This document shows positions 1 to 12,800 of a stretch of DNA of 64,000 nucleotides, piece by piece. The notes under the pieces were generated by a model. It was not told the DNA's origin, did no database searches, and worked only from the letters and a program-made list of their open reading frames with translations. Each line of letters opens with the position of its first letter. Position 1 is the first letter of the stretch. Position numbers and translations under genes: made by a program. Origin of the DNA: Nymphaea colorata (Eukaryota); assembly GCF_008831285.2 (NCBI RefSeq), contig NC_045138.2, positions 11,718,001 through 11,782,000 on the forward strand. Reading direction: 5' to 3'.

Positions 1-605
1 TCTTTCAAGGAAAGAAAAGGAATACAGGTATTTCTTTATTAGGTTGTTTTGCTTTGCTCAATTTCTTATGTTGTATTAGATTTTTAAAATTTTTGTGGTA
101 CATATTTTTTATTGTTTAACTTTCGTCTTTAATAAAATGCAGTTGTGGATCATCTCAATATTGGGATGTAAATCCAGATGAATTTGATTTCGATGGAGAA
201 CGCAATTTATATACTACTAACATGGATTTTTCTGATCCTGTTATTCCTTCCGAGGCGTTTGATGATGATGATATCATTGAAAGCATTGAAAAAAATCAAG
301 ATAAGTGGAACGCAACTCTAATTGATGATGTAATATGTATTGATGTATGCACTATGAAGTACGACTATATGAACTTTGAATCTATGATCTGTGAACTCAA
401 AAGTCAAAACAAGAGTATATTTCTTGTTGAATGTTGAACTGATGATTGATAATGATATCATGATTAGCAAATTGCAATTTTGATCTTGTTATTTAATAAT
501 TTTGTGGTTTATAGACAATTTTTGTCATATATATCATATACATATTATTATTATTATTATAAATTAATAATAATAATAATAATAATAAAATACCCAGTCA
601 CTTAG
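1..605 (+). mobile_element. 3' end of a degraded hAT-type DNA transposon (transposase C-terminal tail and terminus), truncated by the window edge
   Basis: Spliced reading LSRKEKEY(S)-intron GT..AG (~29-142)-CGSSQYWDVNPDEFDFDG followed by an acidic tail resembles plant hAT transposase C-termini (LSR..EY..G....WD). An AT-rich tail ends in ...CAGTCACTTAG at 605, a plausible terminus. The other end is not visible. Confidence 0.45.
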
Positions 606-1471
606 GTTCCTTCTTTCCCTCCTTATCTCTTCAGAAAAATGAAAGGAGAGAAGGAGAACAAAGGAGAGAAACCTCCTTCCTCCTATCACATTCATATCAA
701 AAATGCTAAAGATGGAACAGAATGGGCGGACTCAGGAACTTGTACCCTTTTGCCCTCTCTCTCGGACTTTGCATCAGAAGGATCAGCTGAAAGGCCCTCT
801 TGCATCTCGTTTACAAAACATATCTTCTCCTTACAAAAATAAACTGTATGTTTCTAATAACCAAAAATTGTTTTTGAAGAGAGGACCATATCCTTGCCAT
901 GTTTGTATCTGGATCCGTGCTGAACCTGTTCAGTAGGGAGACGGGCTAAGAACCCACATTCCTATTAAACAGGTAGTCCATACTCCATATATCAGAATTT
1001 CCAATCGTTATCAAACTATAATTTCTTTCCAGGAATTAGGTCTGGCCCTCCATCAATTGATTTACTAATAAATATCCCCTGAGAAACACATGAAGGATTG
1101 GTGATAAGTTCTATATTTCATTTCAGATGTAACTGATGCAAAGAGGAAAGATTTTCTCGCTAAATTAGGGAGAGATATGCTGACATATCAAAATCCTGAG
1201 CAAAAGTTTCAGCAGAAGCTAGTTTTGAACCTGCTAGTTAATTAGCATAATGTTAATTGAGGTTGCTATAGGTGAAGCAGGTAATCCAATTAGCATATGC
1301 TATTACACAGAATCAAGGAACTTAGATTGAACATTTGGTCATACTGCAGATTAAGTATAGATTATAAATCAGGTCCATAATTCACTACATTGCACACCAA
1401 CACATGCTTTCACAGTGGCTTTGTGGTACGGGTTTTAAGGTAACTTCTGCTACATTTCTATTGCAACAAAC

Positions 1472-1523
1472 CTCGTCCAAACATATTAGGAATGTCCTGA
1501 TGAGGCATGCCTTTTCCATTGTC
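1472..1523 (-). CDS. TOP6B: TOP6B coding exon 6 ([17 protein letters not shown])
   Basis: Acceptor tttgcag before 1523, donor gtttgt after 1472; GHKL G1 box. Confidence 0.93.
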
Positions 1524-3390
1524 CTGCAAAAAAAATTTGAGGCAATAAGAACCAGAAATTTCTCCTTTTCCTTCAGGGAAATGTGACTGTCCAAAAGGAA
1601 ACAATTTAAATAATTCAAGTAAATACCAATAGCAAACTTGCAACAGTTTTCTTAGATAAACTTCAAAACGTTTCAGCAAGATATAAACAAATAAGAAGCA
1701 TTAAACGAAATGCAACAGGAAAGAGTTTGACATCTACGGACGGTATAATAGTGTAAAACATTAGATAGCAAATCATACAAACAATCACAAGCATGCGAAA
1801 AATGACAGAGATAAATGAGGAAGCATCTACTCCAGGTATGATGATTATACAGCCATCTCTGACTACTATTGACAAGGAATTATAATTGTTGCAACTGCTT
1901 CGATGCTCAATATCTTCAGTCAGTTCAATTAATCCTTCTCACAATTAAACAGTCTACATTTAATTAAATAGGTGATACTCATAGAAATATATAAGGCTAT
2001 AATTTCCACTGGCTTCAAGTTGCAAAAGTTAAAGAGCAAGCATGGTAAATCACACTCATCAAATTTTTAGAGGCAGTACAGAAATCGTAAGCATGACCAG
2101 CTTCAAGACATACTGCTTGAGAACTCCATCCGTTGAGATACTGAAAAAGGTTAATTCTACATATGCTTTATTTGTTAAAATACAGTTATGTTTTTCTATG
2201 TATGATATATGCCAAATCAAACTGTCAGATTCAACAAGTCTTATCAGATTCATCCAGAAGTTCTCTCGCATTGCCACACCCAATGATGAAATTGTTTTGC
2301 AATATTTGCAAGTGGGATCCAAAGAGGGAAGAATGCTCTCAAAAATTGAAGAGGTCAACCTCAGATCCAGTGTTGGCACTTTCCAACAGGTATGGAGTGA
2401 TTTAAAGATTTGAAGTATAAATCAATGCCTCTAGGTTGGCCTACCCTAGGTGTGGTATGCACATAGCGTGTTCAAGTTCAAGTAATTATTTGTGCTTCGT
2501 GTCAGTCGAAAGGGCATGAAAGAAACCTTGCCATGCATTAGATAGAGCTTGCAGCAGTGATGTTTGCCTTGATGAGTTGGAGATGTCACCTATACTAAAG
2601 GCTTCACATTTTTCACTTACCATAAGAGCCTCAACTATTTCTACTCACGAAAATGAGCTTAATATGAGAGAATATTGTTGGACTGAAGTTCCTCTCAAGG
2701 ATTATAATCTTGTCTCATCTAAGCAAAGCAAATTTATAGCACATGCACAGACAGTCAGCGATCAGGGTAGCTAGCTTAAGCAACGATCATTGCAAATTGG
2801 TCGACAGCTTCATGCAATGCCACCTATTCGTAGAGAAGACAAGGGAGATTACTTGTGCCAAATTGTCATTACAACAGAGATCATACATATGATAGGCCAA
2901 ATGCAAAATGAGTTCCTGAATTTTATTAGATGCTGGAGCCCAAAAGGAGGCGTAGGTCGCTTATAGAGCTCTAAGATGGCAAAAAATCATGAAGTCCATG
3001 AGTGGGTGTCTAATGATGTAGAGTCGAGGAACAAGTTATTTAGGAAGCCCATAGAACAAAGTATGCAATGCATCCAAGTACAATTAAAATGATTAAAAAT
3101 TTACTAAGGTTGAACACAAAAAGCCAAGTGGAACCTTGCAAGTATTAAAGATTATGCAGTACTGAAAGTAGGAATGACATGACAATGAATTTTAGTCATG
3201 TGTTTGCCTATGACTCATTGGAAATATGACGATATACACTTGACCGTAGATGAAATTACAATGTAAGTGCATTTCTAGCCTATTTGGATAGACCAATCAA
3301 ACAAGACTTTGGTTGATTTGTATATTTGACATTGTTAGATTGCATGGCTTACCATTATTGACCCTTGTAAAATTTTTCTCAGAAACTGCT

Positions 3391-3421
<31 letters not shown>

Positions 3422-3841
3422 GTTACAGAACTAAGCAGGACTAGACGATTTCCCTCCCAAAAAAGCCTAGTTGGCACCTAGGGTGTCCTATTTGACAAAA
3501 AGATATAGGGAAAAAGATAAAGAAGGAAGTAGAAAAAAAATTGGAAATATGGAGAAAATGAGGTTTTTTCGAAATTCCTCCTCCTCAAACAACATACTAG
3601 AAGATATATAGAACAAAAAACTAGACTTTCTACATTAAAATTTCAAAAATATTTTTTTTTTCATTTGTCGCACCTTGGTGCCTCAGCGTAGGCATTTAGG
3701 CAGCCACCCATGCCTAGACAAGCACCTATATTTTATGGTGTGCAAAAACTTGCTTTCTGAGAAAGTGTTTACACATACAGATATAACATAGTTTACATCC
3801 CACAAAGAAAGAGTTGCATATTCATACGTGTGTGTGTGAGA

Positions 3842-3875
<34 letters not shown>

Positions 3876-6800
3876 ATAGCCCCAATGCTTCTCAAAATTG
3901 CTCTCTGGCTGAATCCCCACCCATATAACACTTTGATGGCCAAAAAGAGAAATTCATTGAACATAAACTGCAAAGAAGTACCATGAGGCTGGTTACAAGC
4001 AACCACATGCACACACTCATGCATGCGTACCCATGCACTTAACAACCCCCCCCCCCCATACACCCATCTAAAAAAAAAAAAAAAAAAAAGCCCTCAACAC
4101 AAACACATATACATCCGAGCACATAACTAAGAACAGCTGCCCAGATATGTACTAAAATGTCATGTTGTTGAAAACAAGATATCTCTCAGTCGATAAGTGA
4201 GGCACTCTGATTAAAGTCCCTCATTAACATTTCACAATCTCCATTCAGTATGAAATAATTTCAAGAGCATTGAACATAGGAAGCACAATTGACTACTTGA
4301 TGCTGAAGAAAAATGTAATGAGCAAAGATAACTAAATTTTGATGTAGAAGGTGATCAGTGGAAGATCCATTAGGTTAATAAAATTTGTGATGGTTTCTTC
4401 CATATTATCATGAAAGTGTTAGATAATTACATCCTAGAATCAAATGGATTCCTCCAACAAATTCTTCCAGATATGTACCCGTTAGGCTCTGGTCAAAGGC
4501 ATTCTAGAATTCCATATTGTCATACTAGATTCACAGTAGATTTAGCTTCCTGAGCTCACTAGCGAGAATTTGCATATGCATTTTCTGGAAGGTATTGCAA
4601 TTAAATTGATTGGTGAAATAAAAAGGTTATTGTATGGCAAATCATTAATTGACCTCACAAAGGAAATCAAGGCTTATGGATTTAGACCAAACAATTTATG
4701 TGTGGATTTTCATCAACAGTTTCTTTAGACAGTCTTCAGACTCTTCACAAAAGGGACTTTCCTTTTGGTTGCTAGAGTGTCATCCTGTGCATATGCAAAA
4801 CACAAATCTCTATGATACACCCATAGTATGTTATATTCCCTGGGTAGCAAAAAGCTCTCTTTAGTTGATAGTTTGCGCCATAAAATATCAAGAAAAAAAG
4901 ACTAAGGAGAATGACAGAAATTTAAGGCTTCAGGGTTCCTTTCTATTTTTAATTAAAAAGCTAGAAGGTTTAGAATCAAGAAATATATACCTTGCAAGTA
5001 ACCCTGAAGAATGAAGCTTCGCCCCTTCCTTTAGTTATCTTTAAAGCTGATGCCTCTTTCATCTTCTTCCCAAGGGCAATATTTTTTGCTTGAACTTCTT
5101 GCTCATGAGCTTCTTTAGCAAGGCGTTTCTACAATAAGATAGATGTAAATAATGCTGACTAAAACTAAGCAGCATCAACATGCAAGCAAATTAAGTCTAC
5201 ACCTAAACTTGATGCACCCAAATGCTGTGCAGGTTATACCCTACTCTAATTGAACAAATGGCATTCTCATATTCATCGAATCAAATCACATGATATTATG
5301 AGAAACCTGCATCAAGTATCTCGAGGGATACCTCTCGAGCCTTAGCAGATTCAAAATCATCATACAGCTCCTCATCAACACGTTCATGATCAACAAGCCC
5401 TATCATACTATTAAATTTCCTTTTGCTGATCTCTTCACTGCACACCCAACACAAGTAGTAACATGAGTTCTGATTTTTGAGCTTTAAAACGATTATATTA
5501 TAGGGAAAAAAAGATATAATCAACGCCCACCAAGATCTATTGAAGAACTAGAAAGTATGAAATAAGAACAAGATAAGCAAGTCCCTACAAGAAGGGTAAA
5601 TAATACACACAATGAGCATATTTTTTTCAACGTACAGGTTGCAGTGATACCATGGAAATAATACTATTCTCTTTTATGAACAGAAGCATCATCTGACTGT
5701 AAATCAGAGTGTAAACAGAGCAAGAAAAACAGACTTGCAATCTTCAAACAGTCTCAGTCTTCACAGTGAATCACATCAAAGAGAATCCTACGGTTGTTGA
5801 ACGACTGAATATATTGCTGAAAATGGATAATAACAAACTTGGCACACAGGCCATGCATACAGAGGACCACACCTCCCATTAATGTTTATATGAGAAAGAA
5901 AATAAAGAAAGCAACAACTAGCTGTTGGACTAGTTCAAAAGGCTAGAATATAGCCGTTCGAACTAGCCAACGTCTACTTTGGCTAAAACAAGGAAAATAA
6001 CATAAAAGATCTATGTTGTCAAGGCACCCAGGCAGGCGGGCCTAGGTGAGGCTAGGCGAAAAAAGCAACCAATTTTTTTTAATTTTTTTTTTAGTTATGT
6101 TAATATGTCAAGTTATTTTGATTAACTTTTATTAATATTTGAAATGTGGAGAGTGGTAATATAACAAGCATAATCAACTTAAACAATGAAAAAGTAATTG
6201 TCGACTTCATTGAATATGCAAAATCAATAACTAAATGTAATCTAATACAATAAACAAAACAAAAAACTAAATCTAATCTCTAGAAGAAGGAATGTAAATC
6301 TGCAAGAAGGCTTTAATCCATCTGTACTTAAAGAAAGACATAATATAATAAAAAAGACTTAACAGTGCATAATAGTGTACATATAAGTACACAACAGTAA
6401 CAATACATATAACTATATAAGTACATAACCATACTAACGTACACACATAACAGGTATCACAATACTACACATTATATAACAGGCTACCTGTATATACATA
6501 AAATAGGTTGATGCAATACTATATAACAGGTATAAAGGACTGTATATAACAGTATATACATGTAACACGTATTACAATACATAATAACAGGAATAACAAA
6601 TTGTATTACAATACAATTAACATAAGAGTATATACACATAAGTTTATAACAGGTATAACAAATTAACAATACATATAACTATATGATATAAGTATGTAAC
6701 ATAACCATACTAATGTATACGTATAACCATAGCCATTTTTCTCAAATACTTATCGGCAAGGTTGTTTTTTTGGGGAAAATCTCGGAACTGTTTAAAAAAA

Positions 6801-9800
6801 TAAAAACTCAAATGTTAGGTAAAAATACAAGAAATGAAAAACTAATAAGTATTGCATTTAGGAGGTTATGTCAAATACCTAAAACAAGAGGAAATAAAAT
6901 AATGAAACAAAAGTTGAAAAAAATAGAAAATGAAATTAAAAAATTCGATGAAAAGATCGCGATAAAATGGCATCCAAATCGTGATAAATTCATTTTTAAT
7001 TTTTTTTCAATATATCGGGATATTTTCCCATTTTTATCATTTTTTTTATTTTTCTCGTTATATCACAATATTTTTGAAAATATCGCGATATTTGTGTCTA
7101 TGCATATAACAAGCATGAGGTATCACAATACTATATAACAGACTAAGTGACTAACAGTTCATACATATAACAGCAAAATCAACATAACAATACATAAAAA
7201 TACGTAATCAATACAAAATAAAGTACTCAACAATAAATACTTAATTAAGAAACTTTAATTGAAAGGGAAGGCAACTTTTCACTTTCCCATGGACATTACG
7301 TGTTGGCACGTAGGCCAACCTAGGCGCCAACACATATTCTGTCGCCTAAGTAGTGGACTTAGGCGGCTGTGGACTCACACTTAGTCCATGCCTAGGCAAG
7401 GCCTTAACAATATAGTAAAAGATACAAGATAACAGAAATTTACAAAAGATAAAAAGATACTACAAAGTTGTTAAACAACAAGATTTTTGGATCCTCCATT
7501 TGGATCCAAGATCCAGCACGTTGAACAATGTCTCACGTTATTCAATGCCCTTGTAACATGTGAAGTCTCTTAGGATTCTACGTTCTTGTAACTGTGTTGA
7601 GGTATTCAATGTTCTTGTAATATGTGAAGTCTCTTAGGATTCTACGTTCATGTAAACTGTGTTGAGGTATTCAATGTCCTTGTAATATGTGAAGTTTCCT
7701 AGGATTCTACGATGAAGAGTCTCTTAGGATTCTGCAATTGTAACTGTTCTCTCTTATAAATATGGGCCATGTAGACCATCCTGGTCACGGCTTCTTCTTC
7801 TCAACTTTTTCTTGTTTCATTCTTTCTCTCTACCTTCCTGCGTGAATACAGATTTCTAGTTGCAGATATTGGTGCCAGATTTCTATCATGGTATCAGAGC
7901 AGGGTTACGTTATCTCTATCTAACGGAATGCCCAAACAGGTCTGATCTCGACATATCTTGTTATATCGTGTCTTCCTTCCCTTTCATCTTCTACTTATAT
8001 ACCCTTCTTTTCTGTCGTCATCGAAAACCTTCCGCATTCTGGTATGTCCTCAAATTTTCTTCATCTTATTACCGAAAAACTCAACCATGAGAATTATCTA
8101 ACCTGGAAAAGACAGATCATGCCTTTTATAAAAAGTCAAGGCCTCTTTGGACATCTCGATGGTTCAACAAAGGCTCCACCAATACCTATTCTGCAGGAGA
8201 TAAAGAATGAGGCAGGAGAGGTCATTGCTGTTCAAGAAAACAGCAACCCTGAACATGTTGTGTGGATGAGACATGACCAATGTCTGGTTGCATATATTTT
8301 GTCTACTTTATCTCAACAAGTGTTACTTTTTGTTTCTGATGACTGTACTGCGGAAGAATTATGGGAAACTCTTACATATACTTTTTCCCAAATATCAAAA
8401 GCTCGGATTATGTACTTAAAGAAAGAATTTCAGAATTTGAACAAAGGTTCAACCTCTATCATGGATTATTTAGGAAGTATTAAGGTTGTCGCAAACCAAC
8501 TCGCTGCCTCAGGGAATAACAATTTCTGATAAGGAGAAGGTGCAGCAAACTTTAAGTGGACTTGGGCATGATTATCATGCCCTTATTACAACTCATGAAG
8601 TCCTTCCTGTTCTGCCCTCCTTCAACGAATTACAAGGTAAACTCCTCCAACACGAAATGAATATGAAGAGTCATTGAAAGAACTGATCAAAGGAACTCCC
8701 AAAATGTGTTGGCCATGAATGTAAAATTTGGTCAGAACCATGGGAACTCTGATCATGGTGGTTGGGGCATTCTACCAACACCAAATAACCAAGGTATGCC
8801 TCATTTGAATACTCCAAGAAGAATACCAATTTGTTTTCAATGTGACAAGAAAGGGCACTTGAAGGCACAATGCTGGTTTAATCCTCAAAATAAAAACAAA
8901 AGGGTAAGACATGATTACAAACAAGGAGGACAAAATTCTAAAACCACCGCCGAAGATATCCAGCAGCTATTGATGGCCGCATTCTCCAAGATGACTATAA
9001 AGCAAAATGAGCAGGGAGAATGGTTCTTGGATTCAGGTGCAGCCACCCATGTGAAAGGGCATGCAGGTAAATTGACTAACTTATCCCCTCATTATGGTAG
9101 AAATTGCATTATAACAAGTGATGGAAAATCTCATCCCATTACACATATTGGAAATGCAAATATTCCTTTGTCATCTTCCTCTCTATCATTGTCCAATGTT
9201 GTTTTTGCTCCCAATATCAAAAAGAATATCATATCCATTTCTAAGCTCATTGATGATACTGTTGACGGATCTTGGTGTATGGGTCCGGGTCTGAACCCGA
9301 TCCATTGTGTCCTGGTTTGGGCATACTTATACCATTGTAAACCCTAATCTTGCAAGTTAATGAAGTTTCTAAGAGAGAGAGAATTTGGCGGCTAGTGGGC
9401 ACCAGACCTCCTCACCTGTGGTTTTTTCCCTCTAGTTGAGGGTTTTCCACGTTACATTTGTGTTCGATCTTCGGTTCTTGTGTGTCTATTATTTCTACAT
9501 AATATCAGAGCCAACGAGATTGGAAAATTTTTTTTACGGTTGTGAAGTTCCAACCCTAAACCCGTGTCTGCCGCTGCCTTCTGCTCCTACGTCGCTGCCC
9601 TCTGCCGCCCGTGCCCTAGTTGTGTCGTCGTTCTACTCCAGCGCCGCTGATCGCTCCAATGTCGCCCGACCAGACTCCAGCGTCATCCGACCAGATCCCA
9701 GCGTCTCTGCATCATCTACTGCCCGACGTGATCGCTGCCTCTCTGTTGTTGCCCTCTGCGTCGCCCGACCTGATCCTTGCTATCAGTGACTCTCAGGTGT

Positions 9801-12800
9801 GCTGTCCTCAGGGGTTGCCGCTGCTGTGTACCTCTGTTGGTCAGTCGTTTGTAGTTGGTGATCATGGCCGACTCGTCTTCCTCCTCCACAGTCAATACCG
9901 ATCAGCCTGATGTTGGGACCGTGAGAACTGATAATGTACCGGTTCAAGTTACCACCATTCGGCTTACCAAGGAGAATTATCTACGATGGTCCGCTGCAGT
10001 TACTATGGGGATCGCTAGTCGCAGACGAATTGCCTATGTGAATGGGAGAAAGGTCGAACATGCTATGGATAGTATGGCTTGGGATACATGGTTTCTTGAG
10101 GACAACCAGGTAAAAACTTGGATTGTTAATTCGGTGTCTTCGGTTATTCAACCCCTCGTTCTTCGTAAGAAGACTGCGAGGGATATGTGGATTATTTTGG
10201 AACAGATGTATGGTCAAAAGAAAAGAAAAGTTCGTGTGTATCAACTAATGAAGGACGTGTATGCTCTGTGACAAGGGGATCTCTCGGTCGCAGATTTCTA
10301 CGCAGCATTAAAATCTAAGTGGGAGGATCTAGACTACCATTCTGATGTTACATGGAGTTGTCCTCAAGACCAGATGCAGTATATGGCCAAGGAGTGGGAG
10401 AATAGGGTATTCCTTTTCTTAGCTGGACTGAACGATGAATTCGAGAATATAAGGAGTCAGATTCTTAACTCTGACGAATCATTTAGTATTGAAGATGTTT
10501 ATTCCCGTGTTGAAGCTGAAGAGCAAAGGAGGCTAGTCATAAGTGGGAGAAAGGGGGATCCCATGTCTCACAATGAACGGTCCGCCTTTGTTAGCTGTGC
10601 CTCTGTGGGAACTACCTGTTCTTCCCGTAAATGTACACACTGCAAAAAAACTTGGTCATACTATGGACTTTTGTTGGGACCTACATCCAGAGAAGAAGAA
10701 TAGTAGGGGGAGGTATTCTGGTGGGAAGAAGCCTGTTTCGAATGCAACGAATCCTAGTGATGGTAAAGTTTCTATTTCTGCAGAACAGATTCGTGAGATG
10801 CGAGCATATTTGAGCCAGATTGATGTTGGTCAGGCAGACACGTCAGATGAGATGAAGGTCAATCAGGCACTGGCTGTTTCAGGGGAACAAGGTACTTATT
10901 GCATGGGAGAGTGGATTGTCGATAGCGGTGCCACTCATCACAGGCAACCCCAAACTCTTTCATGACTATAAGCTATCCTCGGGAAAGGAACGTGTGTCCC
11001 TTGCCGATGGCTCCTTTACCTCTGTGGCAGGGAAAGGGAGTCTTTCTTTGTTGAACAATTTTTTATTGCATGGTACCCTGCATGTTCCCCATCTTCCCTT
11101 AAATCTTTTATCTGTTAGCAAGATTACCAAGGAACTGAACTGTGAACTTATATTTTCTGAAAACCGTTGTGTTTTGCAGGACTTGGTGACAGGGAAGAAG
11201 AATGGGATTGGTTTGGTGTCTGATGGTTTATATCAGCTTCTTATTCGTGTTGCCACAGCCCTTATGTCAGCAGTCAGCAGGACAAAGAAGAAGAAGGAAG
11301 AGTGTCGTCAGTTATTTTTGTACTGGCATAAACGCCTTGGTCATCTCCCTTTTGGGATTTTGAAACAATTGTTTCCTGAATTATGTTCCTGTTTAAACAA
11401 TCCAATGTTATCTTGTGATGTGTGTCAGTTTGCGAAGCCTGTTAGAGCTTCGTATCCAATTTCAAATAGTCGTGCTAATAAAGCTTTCTCCTTGATTCAT
11501 TCTGATGTGTGGGGGCCTTCAAGCATTCATTCTCGTGGTGGTTTTCAGTACTTTATGACTTTCATAGATGACTATTCAAGGTGTACTTTTGTTTATCTGT
11601 TGAAAGACCGTAGCGAAGTACCTCATATTATAGAAACCTTCATCCTCCTAGTGGAAAACCAGTATGGTGAGTCTGTCAAGACATTCCGGTCTGATAATGC
11701 TCGTGAGTATATGTGTCTCACTGTCGAGGAATTCTTTCGAAAGAGAGGGATTGTTCATGAGACATCATGTAGTTATACACCCCCTCAAAATGGAGTTGCT
11801 GAGAGAAGAAACCGTCAGTTACTAAATGTCACCAAAGCTTTATTGTTCCAAAGGAATCTTCCAAAATATTATTGGGGAGACGCGGTCATTACTAGTGTTT
11901 ATTTGATTAATCGCATGCCTAGTCGAGTGCTAAATGGTCGTACACCCTACTCCATGCTTCCAAGGAGTAGCCAACCTTTTCACCTCCCTCATCTGGTCTT
12001 TGGATGTGTGTGTTTCATTCATAATCACAGCCCAAATGTGAAAAAACTTGACCCCAAATCAATTAAGGGAATATTTCTTAGGTATTCTCCTACTCAAAAG
12101 GGGTATAAATGTCTAGAACCCACCACTGGTCGAGTTCACATTACCAAGGATGTCACATTTTTAGAACATGTCCCTTATTTTGGTGAGAATTCTCTTCAGG
12201 GGGAGAAGTCAATGTTTAAGGAAGAGTATTCTCCAAGTCAGTAAATTAAGTTTACAGATTTTCTGGATTACAGGCGCAAAGAGAATCCATCTGTCTAGGT
12301 GCTTGGAAAAGAAGAAGATGGGACGTCTATTGAGATACATGAACAGGGAAAGGAGGGAGAGTGTCCTATGGAGACAAAAAAAGAATGCAATCGTCTGTTT
12401 GGGCAGGTGTATTCCAGGAGAAGAGTTTGTACTGACAAGGTGATTGATGGTGAGAAGTCCACTCTGAATCCCAATCCTACTTCTTCCTTGGATGACCCAA
12501 GTCATGCTGAGAAGCAACCTGTTAAGAGAGAAAGTCAGATAGAAAATGAAAAAGATGATCTTCTCATTGCCTTGAGAAAGGGTGTCAAGTAATGTACCCA
12601 ACACCCTATTGGTAATTTTGTATCTTACTCTAGATTGAGCACTGACTACAAATGTTTTGTATCCTCCTTGTCTGTGGCTGTGATTCCCACGAATATTACA
12701 GAGGCTCAGAGTGCCCCAAGTGGACTCATGCTATGCAAGAAGAGATTAAGGCCTTAGACAGAAATCAAACATGGGAGGTGGTAGAGATTCCTGAAGCAGC

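Noticed and set aside
639..936. Short ORFs as a possible further TOP6B exon or separate gene
   Set aside because: The expected next exon (VLSGTKYGLKQTRGKFGLG) is not in 1-1471, and these ORFs have no recognisable motif
4440..4870. Possible Copia RT/RNase H remnant on the minus strand
   Set aside because: Similarity too faint to support by eye
6713..7138. 141-aa K/F/I-rich ORF
   Set aside because: Low-complexity translation of an AT-rich MITE
7538..7712. Regularly spaced repeats superficially like a CRISPR array
   Set aside because: Units are contiguous with no unique spacers, lie inside an LTR and recur in the 3' LTR; the context is eukaryotic
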